Part shown: one piece after another, positions 20,585 to 33,823 of the stretch
Numbering within the stretch: the stretch's first letter is position 1
How the letters are laid out: the number at the start of each line of letters is the position of its first letter
DNA from: Pseudomonadota bacterium
GTDB taxonomy: Bacteria; Pseudomonadota; Gammaproteobacteria; Burkholderiales; Burkholderiaceae_C
Assembly: GCA_041181985.1 (NCBI GenBank)
Contig: JBEGOM010000002.1
Coordinates: 13,366 to 77,365, forward strand
Reading direction: 5' to 3'
DNA: 64,000 bases
Made by a program: the position numbers and the translations under genes
The notes under the pieces: generated by a model
The model's database searches: none
The model's input: the letters and a program-made list of their open reading frames with translations, nothing else
Told to the model about the DNA's origin: nothing

Positions 20585-21244
20585 TTATTTGCTGCGCTTG
20601 CTCGGTGACAACACACCACGCACGCGCCCCGTGAGCTCTAAGGTGCGAGACAAGTTGTCATAAGCCATTTTGTTGGACGAAAAAGTGTCGCTGTGACCGC
20701 GTTTCAATTCAACCGGCAAGTGGGTGCGAATCTCTTCGGTGTTGACAACGATGTGAAAAAAATCGCTGCGCAACTCGGTGCGTGCTTGGCCATCGTTTTT
20801 ATTCAAGCCATCGCGTATCACCACGGCCTTGTCAAACAATTGCACTTCTGAGCCATCTGCATTGGTGATGGCTCTGCCTGCATTGGCCACCGTGAGACGG
20901 CCTTCTTTTGAATAGCTGCGAATGGTTGGGCGGTCTATTTCAAGCGTGTCGGTGTCTGGAAAATGGCGCGCCTCTGCACCGGTGATTTCGCTTTTGAGTT
21001 GTCCTTTTGCATCGAACACACGCACAGAAAAATCGCGCATGAAATAGTCGGGCACGTGCCGCGGTGCCGCCACCAAATCGTCTTGCGTTGCAGTGGGTGT
21101 GTTGCGTACCAACCAATAGGTGCTCATCGCCATCAAGCCCATGAGAATGATGGGTAAATAAATGGCAACACGGTCCCATGCACGGCGCACGCGCAACCAC
21201 GCGGATGACAAGTGCGCAAGGGGCGCGCTTGCCACACGCATCAT
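20585..21244 (-). CDS. lptC: LPS export periplasmic protein LptC
   Basis: N-terminal TM (YLPIILMGLMAMSTYWLV), PDYFMRDF, RHFPDTDTLE; follows kdsD-kdsC. Confidence 0.85.
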   Translation of the reverse strand: MMRVASAPLAHLSSAWLRVRRAWDRVAIYLPIILMGLMAMSTYWLVRNTPTATQDDLVAAPRHVPDYFMRDFSVRVFDAKGQLKSEITGAEARHFPDTDTLEIDRPTIRSYSKEGRLTVANAGRAITNADGSEVQLFDKAVVIRDGLNKNDGQARTELRSDFFHIVVNTEEIRTHLPVELKRGHSDTFSSNKMAYDNLSRTLELTGRVRGVLSPSKRSK

Positions 21245-21801
21245 GCGCCGTGGCCTTCTAGCAGTTGTGCATAGCGGCCAGAGGCCACCAACAACAGATC
21301 GCAAAACTCGCGTGCCGCACCGTGTCCGCCTGCACGTTCGGTCACATAGTCTGCACAAGCTTTGACTTCGATGTGTGCATTGCTGGGTGCGCACGCAAAC
21401 GCAGCCAATTGCATGGGAGCCAAATCCGGCCAGTCGTCACCCATATGGGCTGCTTGTGACCAGTTCAGTCCCAAGCTTTGCATGATGGCTTGTGCGGCAG
21501 GCGCTTTGTCTTCGGTGCCGTAGCGCACATGTTCAATGCCCAAGGCTTTCAAGCGTGTGCGCAAGGGCGCGCTGTCGCGACCGGTGATGACCGCGGGCGT
21601 GATGCCCGCTTGTTTGAGCAACTTGATGCCATGACCATCCAAAGTTGAAAACCGTTTGATGGTTTCACCGCTTTCGGTGAAATACAAACCACCGTCGGTG
21701 AGCACACCATCCACATCAAAAAAAGCAACTCGCACCGCTTGTGCTTTGAGCAACAACGCAGGGGCAAATTGCAAAGCGGGTTGAAAAGAAGCGCGGTTCA
21801 T
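21241..21801 (-). CDS. kdsC: KDO 8-phosphate phosphatase (HAD family)
   Basis: FDVDGVLTDG, VITGR, MGDDWPD, GGHGAARE. Confidence 0.93.
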   Translation of the reverse strand: MNRASFQPALQFAPALLLKAQAVRVAFFDVDGVLTDGGLYFTESGETIKRFSTLDGHGIKLLKQAGITPAVITGRDSAPLRTRLKALGIEHVRYGTEDKAPAAQAIMQSLGLNWSQAAHMGDDWPDLAPMQLAAFACAPSNAHIEVKACADYVTERAGGHGAAREFCDLLLVASGRYAQLLEGHGA

Positions 21802-22814
21802 CAAATCACCTTCGCACGCATGAGGTCGTTGGAGTTGATGGCGCCACACAACATGCCCTGTGCATCAACCACCAACAAACTGGTGATGCGGTGTGTTTCC
21901 ATCATTTCTGCGGCTTCTGCAGCCAAGGCATCAACACGCAGTGTGCGAGGGTTGGCTTTCATCACCTCTTGTGCGGACAGCTTGCGCATGTCCACGCCTT
22001 TTTCAATCAAGCGACGCAAGTCGCCGTCGGTGAAGATGCCCAAGACTTGTCCTTGGTCATTCACGATGGCCGAGGCGCCCAAGCCTTTGTCGCTCATTTC
22101 GCGCATCAAGGCGCTGAAGGTGTCAGTAGGCAACACGCGGGGCACGGCATCGTCTTTGCGCATGACATCGGCCACATGCGTTAACAAACGTCGACCCAAA
22201 GAACCGCCAGGGTGTGAGCGCGCGAAGTCTTCGGCTTTGAAGCCGCGTGCGTCGAGCAAGGCCACAGCCAACGCATCGCCCAACGCCATTTGCGCGGTGG
22301 TACTGGCCGTGGGGGCCAAATTCAAGGGGCAGGCTTCTTTGTCCACACTGCTGTCAAGCACGATGTCGGCATGCTGTGCCAGGGTGGATTGCGCGCCACC
22401 GGTCATGGCGACCAAGGGCACACCTTGGCGTTTGAGCACCGGCAAGATGGCCGCCAGCTCATCGCTTTCACCGCTGTTAGAAATGGCCAACACCAAGTCG
22501 ATTTCTTTGACCATGCCCAAGTCGCCATGGCTGGCTTCTGCGGGGTGCACAAACATGGCGGGGGTACCGGTGGAGGCGAGTGTGGCAGCAATTTTGCGGC
22601 CCACATGACCGCTTTTGCCCATGCCCATGATGACCACGCGGCCGCGCACTTTCAACACAGCTCGCACGGCCTGTACAAATGAAGAGGACAGCTTTTTTTG
22701 CAAACCCAACAGCGCGTTGGCCTCAATGTCTAGCGTGTCATGTGCCAATTGCAACAAGCGTGCATCGTCAACATTTGCGGGGCTGTGCGCCATGGAAGAG
22801 GGTTGGTTGCTCAT
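21801..22814 (-). CDS. kdsD: Arabinose-5-phosphate isomerase (KpsF/GutQ; SIS plus two CBS domains)
   Basis: GMGKSGHVG, HPAEASHGDLG, EACPLNLAPTAST, HPGGSLG, GIFTDGDLRR. Confidence 0.95.
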   Translation of the reverse strand: MSNQPSSMAHSPANVDDARLLQLAHDTLDIEANALLGLQKKLSSSFVQAVRAVLKVRGRVVIMGMGKSGHVGRKIAATLASTGTPAMFVHPAEASHGDLGMVKEIDLVLAISNSGESDELAAILPVLKRQGVPLVAMTGGAQSTLAQHADIVLDSSVDKEACPLNLAPTASTTAQMALGDALAVALLDARGFKAEDFARSHPGGSLGRRLLTHVADVMRKDDAVPRVLPTDTFSALMREMSDKGLGASAIVNDQGQVLGIFTDGDLRRLIEKGVDMRKLSAQEVMKANPRTLRVDALAAEAAEMMETHRITSLLVVDAQGMLCGAINSNDLMRAKVI

Positions 22815-22840
22815 GGTGCGATTTTATAGAGGTGGCGGGT

Positions 22841-24277
22841 TTATTTGCCAATGCAAAAACTGGTGAAGATGACGCCCAATAAATCGTCAGAGGTGAATTC
22901 GCCGGTAATCGTGTTGAGCGCGTTTTGGGCCAGTCGTAACTCTTCGGCCAATACATCGAGCGCGGGCAGCTCGGTGTTCAAACTGTCGCTGGCGATTTGC
23001 AGGTGTTGCGACACCTCGTGCAAAGCTTGTACATGCCGTTCACGCGCCATGTACAGACCTTCGGCGCTACCGCCTTGCCAACCGACCAGTTGCAACAATT
23101 TCTCACGCAAGCTTTGCAGGCCTTCACCTGTTTTGGCGGACAAGCGCACACTTTGCTGCGCCGTGTTGTAGGGTTCTTCCATGTGCGATGCATCGGCCTT
23201 GTTCCACACATGCACAACGGGGGTATGTACGCCGAGTGTTGCTTGCAAGGTGGTTTGAATGTCTTGGTCTGCCACTTGATAGGTGTGTTCATTCGCACGC
23301 GTGAGGTCGTGCATGAAGAGCACCGCATCGGCCTTTTCTATTTGTTGCCATGCTCGCGCAATGCCAATGCGCTCGACTTCGTCCACTTCTGGGTGTTCGC
23401 GCAAGCCTGCGGTGTCGATCACATGCAGAGGTACACCTTCGATTTGGATGGTTTGTTGCACCACATCGCGGGTGGTACCTGCGATGGGCGTGACGATGGC
23501 CAACTCTGCCCCCGCCAAGGCGTTGAGCAACGAGCTTTTGCCTGCGTTGGGTTGGCCTGCAATGACCACGCGTATGCCTTCGCGCAACAGCGCGCCTTGT
23601 TGGGTGTGTTGTTGCACTTGTTGCAAGGTTTGTTGCAAGCGCGTGAGTTGCCCTTGTGCATCGGCTTGTTTTAAAAAGTCGATGTCTTCTTCTGGAAAAT
23701 CAAGCGTGGCCTCAACCAACATGCGCAAATGAATGAGCGCATCGCGCAGTTGGTGTATTTCTTTTGAAAAAGCGCCCGCCAAAGAACGGCTGGCACCACG
23801 CGCGGCAGCTTCGGTACTGGCATCGATCAAATCGGCCACGGCTTCGGCTTGTGCCAAGTCGAGTTTGTGATTCAGAAATGCGCGTTGGGTGAACTCACCG
23901 GGTTGCGCCAGACGCAAGCCGGGTAGCAAAGCTTGTTCGAGTGGGTTTAGCGTCGTGTGGGTTTGTTGCGCCAGTGCCAAACAGTGCGACACCAGCAATT
24001 GCAACACCACCGGCCCACCGTGTGCTTGCAGCTCCAACACATCTTCACCGGTGTAGCTGTTGGGGCCTTGGAAGTACAACGCCAGCACATGGTCGATCGG
24101 CACACCTTGCGCATCGTTGATCGGCAAATATGTGGCTTGGCGCGCCTCAAGCTTGTGCCCACACAGTGCTTGTGAAAACTCTAAAAGTTGTTTGCCACTG
24201 ACGCGCACAATGCCCACTGCACCACGCCCTGGCGCAGTGGCAATCGCGATGATGGGGGCGTCATGTTGTGCCAGCAT
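22841..24277 (-). CDS. mnmE: tRNA modification GTPase MnmE
   Basis: [37 protein letters not shown]-terminal FCIGK. Confidence 0.97.
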   Translation of the reverse strand: MLAQHDAPIIAIATAPGRGAVGIVRVSGKQLLEFSQALCGHKLEARQATYLPINDAQGVPIDHVLALYFQGPNSYTGEDVLELQAHGGPVVLQLLVSHCLALAQQTHTTLNPLEQALLPGLRLAQPGEFTQRAFLNHKLDLAQAEAVADLIDASTEAAARGASRSLAGAFSKEIHQLRDALIHLRMLVEATLDFPEEDIDFLKQADAQGQLTRLQQTLQQVQQHTQQGALLREGIRVVIAGQPNAGKSSLLNALAGAELAIVTPIAGTTRDVVQQTIQIEGVPLHVIDTAGLREHPEVDEVERIGIARAWQQIEKADAVLFMHDLTRANEHTYQVADQDIQTTLQATLGVHTPVVHVWNKADASHMEEPYNTAQQSVRLSAKTGEGLQSLREKLLQLVGWQGGSAEGLYMARERHVQALHEVSQHLQIASDSLNTELPALDVLAEELRLAQNALNTITGEFTSDDLLGVIFTSFCIGK

Positions 24278-24292
24278 GTGTGCATTGTCTAG

Positions 24293-24318
24293 AAAAAAGG
24301 CCGCTGAGTCAGCGGCCT
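24293..24318 (-). terminator. Intrinsic terminator after yidC
   Basis: AGGCCGCTGA/TCAGCGGCCT stem with a U-tail on the minus strand. Confidence 0.7.
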
Positions 24319-24337
24319 GTGAAGAAAAGCTTTTGCG

Positions 24338-26029
24338 TTAATTCAAAACGCCCATTTGCTTGTTGATCATCCATTGCTGAGCAATGGACAAAATGTTGTT
24401 GGTCAACCAGTACAACACCAAACCTGCAGGGAAGAAAAAGAACATCACGCTGAAGGCCAAGGGCATGATCCACATCATCTTGGCTTGAATGGGGTCTGGT
24501 GGCGTGGGGTTGAGCCAGGTTTGCAACAAGGTCGTGGCCGTCATCAGCAAGGGCAAGATGAAATACGGATCAGGCGCAGCCAAGTCATGCACCCAACCGA
24601 TCCAAGGTGCGTTGCGAATTTCAACGGTTGATAACAGCACCCAATACAACGCAATGAACACCGGAATTTGAATCGCGATAGGCAAGCAACCGCCCATGGG
24701 GTTGACCTTTTCTTCGCGATAAATTTTCATCATCTCCATTTGCATTTGCTGTGGGTTGTCTTTCAAACGCTCACGCATTTCCATGATGCGTGGGTTGATG
24801 GCTTTCATCTTGCCCATGCTGCGATAGGCGTGGGCGTTGAGCCAATAGAAAGCTGCTTTCAACAACACCACCAAAGCCACGATGGACCAACCCCAGTTTT
24901 TCAACAACTGGTTGAGTTGGTCTAACAACCAATACAAAGGTTTGGCCAAAATCGTGAGCCAACCGTAGTCTTTCACCAACTCGAGGCCGGGGTAGAGGGC
25001 TTCTAAGTAATTTTCTTCTTGCGGGCCGGCAAATAACTTGGCGCTCAAGTTGTAGGTTTCGCCGGCTTTGATTTCTGGCAACTGCGCAATCATGGTGGTG
25101 CGGTAGCAGCAGTCGGGCAACTGTGTGCCGATGTCCACCGCGTCCATCGAGATGTCGCGGTTCAAGCCATCGGGCAACAACCAGGCGCTGGCAAAGTAAT
25201 GTTGCACCATGGCGATGTAGCCACTGGGGGACTGTTTTTCAAAGTCTGCTTTTTTCTTTTTGATGTCGGCAAACTCCACCTTTTGGTATTTTTTCAACTC
25301 GGTGTAAACCGCTGGTCCAGTAAAGGTGGAATAAAAAGACGACTCACCTGCAGGCTTGTTGCCATCGCGCACGAGTTGCACATACAACTGGGGTGACGCC
25401 GCTTGGTTGCTGGTGTTGACCACGGCATGCGTAACGGCCATGTCATAAGCGCTGCGTTTCAAAGTGTAGGTTTTCACCAACTTCAGGCCTTGCACCACCG
25501 GAGACTCGAATACCACGCTCAGGTCTTGTGCGTCCTTGTCGAGAGTGCGCGCACCAGGGCGCACAGTCATGAGGGTTTTGTGGGTGGGATAAGCCACGCC
25601 AGGCACGGTGGCCAACAAGCCCGATTGGGCTTGGTAGTAGCGGTCTTTGCTGTCGTCTAACAGCACCATGTTTTGGTCTGGATGGGTCAGGTCTGCATGC
25701 TTCAAAAATTCAACCCGAGAAACCGAGCCGCCTTCGGTGTCAAACTGAACGCGCAACACATCGGTGCTGACCTCGATGCGCTCTTTGTTGTTTGTGCGCT
25801 GCTCGGCAGGCATGGCATTTGTCGCATTGGCAGGTGCAACAGCGGCAGGGGTAGGCACGCCGGCATTGGAAGCGCCGCTAGCAGCGCCATTGGCAACCTG
25901 TTTGTTTGCAACAGTGGGCGCAGGGAAGAAGGTGGCTTTTTGGCCGTTATGGATCTGCCATTGGTCCCACAGCAAAACCATGGAAAAACCAAAGATCACC
26001 CACAAGATGGTGCGGCGAATGTCGTTCAT
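24338..26029 (-). CDS. yidC: Membrane protein insertase YidC
   Basis: MNDIRRTILW start, DYGWLTILAKP, NPMGGCLP, PAGLVLYW. Confidence 0.96.
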   Translation of the reverse strand: MNDIRRTILWVIFGFSMVLLWDQWQIHNGQKATFFPAPTVANKQVANGAASGASNAGVPTPAAVAPANATNAMPAEQRTNNKERIEVSTDVLRVQFDTEGGSVSRVEFLKHADLTHPDQNMVLLDDSKDRYYQAQSGLLATVPGVAYPTHKTLMTVRPGARTLDKDAQDLSVVFESPVVQGLKLVKTYTLKRSAYDMAVTHAVVNTSNQAASPQLYVQLVRDGNKPAGESSFYSTFTGPAVYTELKKYQKVEFADIKKKKADFEKQSPSGYIAMVQHYFASAWLLPDGLNRDISMDAVDIGTQLPDCCYRTTMIAQLPEIKAGETYNLSAKLFAGPQEENYLEALYPGLELVKDYGWLTILAKPLYWLLDQLNQLLKNWGWSIVALVVLLKAAFYWLNAHAYRSMGKMKAINPRIMEMRERLKDNPQQMQMEMMKIYREEKVNPMGGCLPIAIQIPVFIALYWVLLSTVEIRNAPWIGWVHDLAAPDPYFILPLLMTATTLLQTWLNPTPPDPIQAKMMWIMPLAFSVMFFFFPAGLVLYWLTNNILSIAQQWMINKQMGVLN

Positions 26030-26292
26030 GAAGTTTTCTTTCCTGGATGCGTGAGGGTCAATGATGAAAATAAGTGGGTGTCTGGTACCGGGTCGTGCCC
26101 GCCTGCGCACCACGGATGGCAACGCCCCAAGCGTTTGAGCGTGAGGTAGCTGCCACGGGCCGCACCATGTTGTTGCAAAGCTTTTAGCGCATATGCCGAA
26201 CAGGTAGGCTCAAAGCGGCAGCCCGAGCCCAACCAGGGGCTGAGCATCAGACGGTAAAACCGAACCAAGGCGATCAACACAGCACGGATCAT
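26026..26292 (-). CDS. yidD: Membrane protein insertion efficiency factor YidD
   Basis: CRFEPTCSAY, RCHPW..GGHDPVP. Confidence 0.93.
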   Translation of the reverse strand: MIRAVLIALVRFYRLMLSPWLGSGCRFEPTCSAYALKALQQHGAARGSYLTLKRLGRCHPWCAGGHDPVPDTHLFSSLTLTHPGKKTS

Positions 26293-26696
26293 GGTTGTGA
26301 CAGCCCTGTGAACAACTGCATCAGCTCTGTTCGGACCGCAGCTTTGAGCGCGTCAGATGATGCGCTGGGAAATTGACGCACAGAAAAACCGCTGCGCAAA
26401 CGAACCACATACGCCGTGGGTACTAAATGGTGTGCCATGGTTTGCGTCACGTTGAAAATTTGCCGTTTGATCAGATTGCGTGTTACAGCGCGTTTGGCCC
26501 AGCGTTTGGGCGTCAGCGCACCTAAGAGCAAGACACCCTCAACAAAGAGGGCCGGGGCTTTCTCAAACCCAGGCCCTGTGGCGGCTTTCGCGGCTTTGGC
26601 TTCAGACCACTGGTGCAACACAAAGTGCGGTGTTTTGGCCACCACACGGCATGCCATCACGGCCTGAAAATGAGACCACTGTTGGAGATGCTGCAC
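26289..26696 (-). CDS. rnpA: Ribonuclease P protein component
   Basis: KRWAKRAVTRNLIKR (RNR-like motif); position between rpmH and yidD. Confidence 0.88.
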   Translation of the reverse strand: MQHLQQWSHFQAVMACRVVAKTPHFVLHQWSEAKAAKAATGPGFEKAPALFVEGVLLLGALTPKRWAKRAVTRNLIKRQIFNVTQTMAHHLVPTAYVVRLRSGFSVRQFPSASSDALKAAVRTELMQLFTGLSQP

Positions 26697-26753
26697 GCCA
26701 TCACACCAAAGACGGATGTTTGTGCGATAGCAACCCCAGTGGCGGCAAAACCA

Positions 26754-26888
26754 TTAGACAGCGAGGCGTTTGCGGCCCTTGGCGCGGCGTGCGTTGATCA
26801 CAGCACGGCCACCACGGGTTTTCATGCGAACCAAAAAGCCGTGGGTACGGGCGCGGCGGGTTTTTGAAGGCTGGTAAGTGCGTTTCAT
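26754..26888 (-). CDS. rpmH: 50S ribosomal protein L34 (44 aa, missing from the ORF track)
   Basis: Manual translation [44 protein letters not shown]. Confidence 0.97.
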   Translation of the reverse strand: MKRTYQPSKTRRARTHGFLVRMKTRGGRAVINARRAKGRKRLAV

Positions 26889-27030
26889 AGTAAATCCAAT
26901 TGACAGATGCCCTGTTGATCAGGGAAACCGACGATTATCGCAAATTTTCAGGCTCAGATCAAGCCGCTACCGATACTTTTTCTGAACAATGGCCTTGACT
27001 TGTGGCTGCCAGTTAAAAGTTTTTCTGTTC

Positions 27031-27088
27031 TGTGGATAATTTTTTGATAAAGTCCAGCATCTGGCAAAATTTCTGCCACCTATCCACA
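27031..27088. promoter_or_regulatory. DnaA boxes in the dnaA promoter region
   Basis: TGTGGATAA 27031-27039 (perfect, reverse) and CTATCCACA 27080-27088 (1 mismatch). Confidence 0.75.
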
Positions 27089-27099
27089 GCCCCTTTTTC

Positions 27100-28515
27100 A
27101 TGACCCTCGGTTCTTCTCCCTTTCACGACGCTCAAGATTTGCCCCCCGGCTCCGGCGACGGTTTGTGGCAGGCCTGCGTCGATCAATTGGCTCAAGAACT
27201 GCCAGAACAGCAATTCAACACCTGGATAAAACCACTACAAGCCTCGGTGGCTGAGGATTTCAGCCGTGTGGTGGTGATGGTGGGCAACCGCTTCAAGCTC
27301 GATTGGATTCGCGCCCAATATGCCAACCGAATTGCCGCTTTGCTGCATCAGCTTTACGGTCAACCCGTGCAGGTGGAGCTGGCGATCACGCCCAAAGAGG
27401 CGCCCGTCAAGTCTAAGGTGGTGACTTATTCACAAGAGCTTGAAGAATTACCCGAAAGCTTTGTTGGCATTGAAGATGGCGTGCCCTCCGGGCCGCGCAC
27501 CCGCTTGAACACGGCCCTGACATTTGATAGTTTGGTCGAAGGCACGGCCAACCGGATGGCTCGGGCAGCGGCCACCCATGTGGCTACCATGCCTGGCCAG
27601 TTGTACAACCCCCTGTTCATTTATGGTGGCGTGGGTTTGGGCAAAACCCATTTGGTGCATGCTGTAGGTAATAAGTTGTTGGCTGAACGGCCAGATGCCA
27701 AGGTGTTGTACATCCATGCCGAGCAATTTGTGTCGGATGTGGTCAAGGCCTACCAGCGCAAAACATTTGATGAATTCAAAGAGCGTTACCACTCGCTGGA
27801 TTTGCTGTTGATTGACGATGTGCAGTTTTTTGCCAACAAAGAGCGCACACAAGAAGAGTTTTTCAACGCTTTTGAGGCCCTGCTGGCTAAAAAGTCGCAC
27901 ATTGTGATGACCAGCGACACCTATCCCAAGGGCTTGACCGACATTCACGAACGGCTGGTATCGCGCTTTGACGCCGGTTTGACGGTGGCGATTGAGCCAC
28001 CCGAGTTGGAAATGCGTGTGGCCATTTTGATCAGCAAAGCACGGCATGAAGGCGCAGAAATGCCCGAGGAAGTAGCGTTTTTTGTGGCCAAAAATGTGCG
28101 CTCCAACGTGCGCGAGTTGGAAGGCGCTTTGCGCAAAATTTTGGCGTATTCAAGGTTTAACCAAAAAGAAATATCGATTCAATTGGCGAGAGATGCGCTG
28201 CGCGATTTGCTATCCATTCAAAACCGGCAAATTTCCGTTGAAAACATTCAAAAAACAGTGGCCGACTATTACAAAATCAAGGTCGCTGACATGTATTCCA
28301 AAAAACGGCCAGCTTCGATTGCTAGGCCGCGACAAATTGCCATGTATTTAGCCAAAGAACTGACCCAAAAGAGCTTGCCAGAAATTGGTGAGTTGTTTGG
28401 GGGGCGAGATCACACCACGGTCTTGCATGCCGTGAGAAAAATTGGTGCGGAGCGCCAACAATTGACAGAACTTAATCAACAGTTGCATGTTTTAGAACAA
28501 ACACTCAAAGGTTGA
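27100..28515 (+). CDS. dnaA: Chromosomal replication initiator DnaA
   Basis: [45 protein letters not shown]. Confidence 0.98.
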   Translation: MTLGSSPFHDAQDLPPGSGDGLWQACVDQLAQELPEQQFNTWIKPLQASVAEDFSRVVVMVGNRFKLDWIRAQYANRIAALLHQLYGQPVQVELAITPKEAPVKSKVVTYSQELEELPESFVGIEDGVPSGPRTRLNTALTFDSLVEGTANRMARAAATHVATMPGQLYNPLFIYGGVGLGKTHLVHAVGNKLLAERPDAKVLYIHAEQFVSDVVKAYQRKTFDEFKERYHSLDLLLIDDVQFFANKERTQEEFFNAFEALLAKKSHIVMTSDTYPKGLTDIHERLVSRFDAGLTVAIEPPELEMRVAILISKARHEGAEMPEEVAFFVAKNVRSNVRELEGALRKILAYSRFNQKEISIQLARDALRDLLSIQNRQISVENIQKTVADYYKIKVADMYSKKRPASIARPRQIAMYLAKELTQKSLPEIGELFGGRDHTTVLHAVRKIGAERQQLTELNQQLHVLEQTLKG

Positions 28516-28766
28516 TGTAAAAGTTCACCAAAAAAAGCAAAAGAACAACCCTGTGGATGAAAGTTGAACAAGGTATGAGTTATCCACAGACGCAAGTAGA
28601 AAGTGAAAGTTATCCAGTTTTGAGAGACACCAAAAAATCAAGGTTACAAACAGGGTCAGCGATAGGGCAAGTCGTTGAAAAAAAAGAGGAAAATGATGTT
28701 TTCCACAGAAGCTGGCTGTGCTTATCTACTACTACTAATTTAAATTAAAGAAATCAAGAGGAAGTC
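28516..28766. other. Replication origin oriC (dnaA-dnaN intergenic)
   Basis: DnaA boxes at 28552-60, 28580-88 (perfect), 28610-18 and 28699-707; IHF-like site 28668-80; CTACTACTACTA trios 28726-37, then an AT-rich tract; apparent C/A-rich to G/T-rich strand switch by eye. Confidence 0.8.
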
Positions 28767-29873
28767 ATGATCGTTTTGAAAGCTACACAAGACAAAGTTC
28801 TTTCAGTGTTGCAGTCGGTTGCAGGCATTGTGGAACGCCGTCATACATTGCCTATTTTGGCGAATGTGTTGATCCGTAAAACAGGCAGTAGCTTGCAATT
28901 GACCACCAGCGATTTGGAAATTCAAATTCGCACCACGGCAGAGTTGGAAGGTGATGCAGGTAATTTCACCACCACCGTGGGTGCACGCAAGTTGATTGAT
29001 ATTTTGCGGACCATGCCATCGGATCAAACGGTGAGTTTGGAATCGAGCCAAAACAAATTGATCTTGAAAGGCGGCAAAAGCCGCTTCACTTTGCAGTCAT
29101 TGCCAGCGGAAGATTTTCCTTTGGTGCAAGAAGCAGCCAACTTTGGTCCTGCGTTTAGCGTGCCACAAAAAACATTGAAAGAGTTGTTGCATCAAGTGTC
29201 GTTCTCGATGGCGGTGCACGACATCCGTTATTACTTGAACGGTATTTTGTTTGTCGCTGAAGGCAAGCAATTGAGTTTGGTGGCGACCGATGGTCACCGT
29301 TTGGCATTTGCTTCGGCCACATTGGACACTGAAGTGCCACGCCAAGAAGTGATCTTGCCGCGCAAAACAGTGTTGGAGCTGCAACGCTTGTTGAGCGACA
29401 AAGAAGGCGCGATCGAAATGCAGTTTGCCAACAACCAAGCCAAGTTCAGTTTTGATGGCATGGAGTTTGTGACCAAGTTGGTCGAAGGCAAATTCCCTGA
29501 TTACAACCGTGTGATTCCAAAGAACCACAAAAACTCCATCACCTTGGGTCGCACCGCTTTGTTGGCCACCTTGCAGCGCACAGCCATTTTGACCAGCGAA
29601 AAATTCAAAGGTGTGCGCTTGAATGTAGAGCCAGGTACCTTGCGCGTGGCGTCAAGCAACGCTGAACAAGAAGAAGCGGTCGACGAACTTGAAATCGACT
29701 ACAACGGTGACGCGATTGAAATTGGTTTCAATGTGACCTATTTGATTGATGCATTGACCAACATGGACCAAGACATGGTTCAAATTGATTTGGCTGATTC
29801 CAATAGCTCTGCGTTGGTCACCATTCCCGATAACACCACATTCAAATATGTGGTGATGCCTATGCGTATCTAA
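28767..29873 (+). CDS. dnaN: DNA polymerase III beta sliding clamp
   Basis: LPILANVL, TSDLEI, RYYLNG, VATDGHRL, GKFPDY, YVVMPMRI. Confidence 0.98.
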   Translation: MIVLKATQDKVLSVLQSVAGIVERRHTLPILANVLIRKTGSSLQLTTSDLEIQIRTTAELEGDAGNFTTTVGARKLIDILRTMPSDQTVSLESSQNKLILKGGKSRFTLQSLPAEDFPLVQEAANFGPAFSVPQKTLKELLHQVSFSMAVHDIRYYLNGILFVAEGKQLSLVATDGHRLAFASATLDTEVPRQEVILPRKTVLELQRLLSDKEGAIEMQFANNQAKFSFDGMEFVTKLVEGKFPDYNRVIPKNHKNSITLGRTALLATLQRTAILTSEKFKGVRLNVEPGTLRVASSNAEQEEAVDELEIDYNGDAIEIGFNVTYLIDALTNMDQDMVQIDLADSNSSALVTIPDNTTFKYVVMPMRI

Positions 29874-29922
29874 CATTCATTGTGAACGCACGCTAACCAT
29901 TGCTACTTATAAAAAATCGTGA

Positions 29923-32517
<2,595 letters not shown>

Positions 32518-32530
32518 TCACCCCTGTGGT

Positions 32531-33406
32531 TTAGCCCATCAAGCCGTTGCGAAAATCGTCAACGGCTTGCATGATTTGCTCGCGGGTGTTCATCACAAAC
32601 GGGCCGTATTGCACGATGGGTTCGCGCAGCGGTTTGCCAGCAATCACAATGGCGCGTGCGTTGGCAGACCCACGCAATCGCAGACCATCACCTTCGTTGC
32701 GCAACAGGCCCATGCGTTTGATAGGCACGGTGTGGGTTTCTTGATCGCTCACCACATCGACTGAACCGCGGTACACATAAATGAACGCATTGTGTTCAGC
32801 GGGCAAGTTGTGTTCGAAAGCAACGCCATCTTGCGCAGGAAAATGCACATCTAAATAAAGTGGTTCGGTGTGTTCGCGGGTTACGCGTGCACTTACGCCA
32901 TGGGTGCTACCAGCAATAACGCGCACCAACACGCCGCTCGGTGTGGTGACTTCGGGCAGTTGGTCAGATTGAATGTCTTGGTACCAAGGTTCGCACAGTT
33001 TGTTTTTGCCGGGCAAGTTGAGCCAGAGCTGAAAGCCCTCCATCAAACCTTCTTCTTGCTCGGGCATTTCGCTGTGTGTCAAACCGCGTCCTGCGGTCAT
33101 CCATTGCACACCTCCGTTTTGCAACAACCCTTCGTTGCCACCGCTGTCACGGTGCCGCATACGACCTGCGATCATGTACGTGATGGTCTCAAAACCTCGG
33201 TGTGGATGGTTGGGAAACCCTGCAATGTATTCGCCAGGGTTGTCGCTGCCAAAGGCATCGAGCATCAGAAATGGGTCGAGCCGTTGTTGTAAATCTTGCG
33301 TGAGCACGCGAGTCAAACGCACGCCTGCACCGTCTTGTGTGTCTTGACCTTGCACAAGGCGTTCAACGCGCCGTGCTTGTCGAACCGTTCTTGGTTGGCT
33401 GGACAT
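32531..33406 (-). CDS. Pirin family protein
   Basis: DPFLMLD, HPHRGFETITY, WMTAGRG..HSE, QLWLNLP, GPFVMNT. Confidence 0.93.
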   Translation of the reverse strand: MSSQPRTVRQARRVERLVQGQDTQDGAGVRLTRVLTQDLQQRLDPFLMLDAFGSDNPGEYIAGFPNHPHRGFETITYMIAGRMRHRDSGGNEGLLQNGGVQWMTAGRGLTHSEMPEQEEGLMEGFQLWLNLPGKNKLCEPWYQDIQSDQLPEVTTPSGVLVRVIAGSTHGVSARVTREHTEPLYLDVHFPAQDGVAFEHNLPAEHNAFIYVYRGSVDVVSDQETHTVPIKRMGLLRNEGDGLRLRGSANARAIVIAGKPLREPIVQYGPFVMNTREQIMQAVDDFRNGLMG

Positions 33407-33413
33407 GATGCGG

Positions 33414-33785
33414 TTACTTTTTCGCTTGTGAGCGTTTGGCGATGCGTTGCTCTATTTTTTTCAACATGGCTTCGTCGGGTGAGCGCCAGTTGGCGCCTGC
33501 TTGGTTGGCCATGTGCACCACGGCGTCGGCAAATTCGACAACGCTTAAGTCGGGTTTGCCACCGCGTGCAGGCATGGCGCGCACACCCACATAGCCGTCG
33601 CCCGTTAAATTGACTTGGCCTTCTTTGATCAGTTTGCCCCAAGCCTTGGGGTCGCCTGCTTTAGGCGCGCCTGCTGCGCCTTGTGCGTGGCAGGCCGCAC
33701 AGACTTGTGTGTAGGTGGCTTCGCCATTGGCCCATGCTTGTGTGGTGACCAAAAACAAACTCAACGAAAACAGAAATCGATTCAT
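33414..33785 (-). CDS. Cytochrome c5-family protein
   Basis: Signal peptide, CAACH heme motif, GAPKAGD, AMPARGG (axial Met). Confidence 0.88.
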   Translation of the reverse strand: MNRFLFSLSLFLVTTQAWANGEATYTQVCAACHAQGAAGAPKAGDPKAWGKLIKEGQVNLTGDGYVGVRAMPARGGKPDLSVVEFADAVVHMANQAGANWRSPDEAMLKKIEQRIAKRSQAKK

Positions 33786-33823
33786 GTGTGGCCCTCTTAA
33801 CGATATGAGCGCCATGTTAACCA

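Noticed and set aside
28557-28748. 63-aa ORF between dnaA and dnaN
   Set aside because: It overlaps the DnaA boxes and trios; the region is better explained as oriC.
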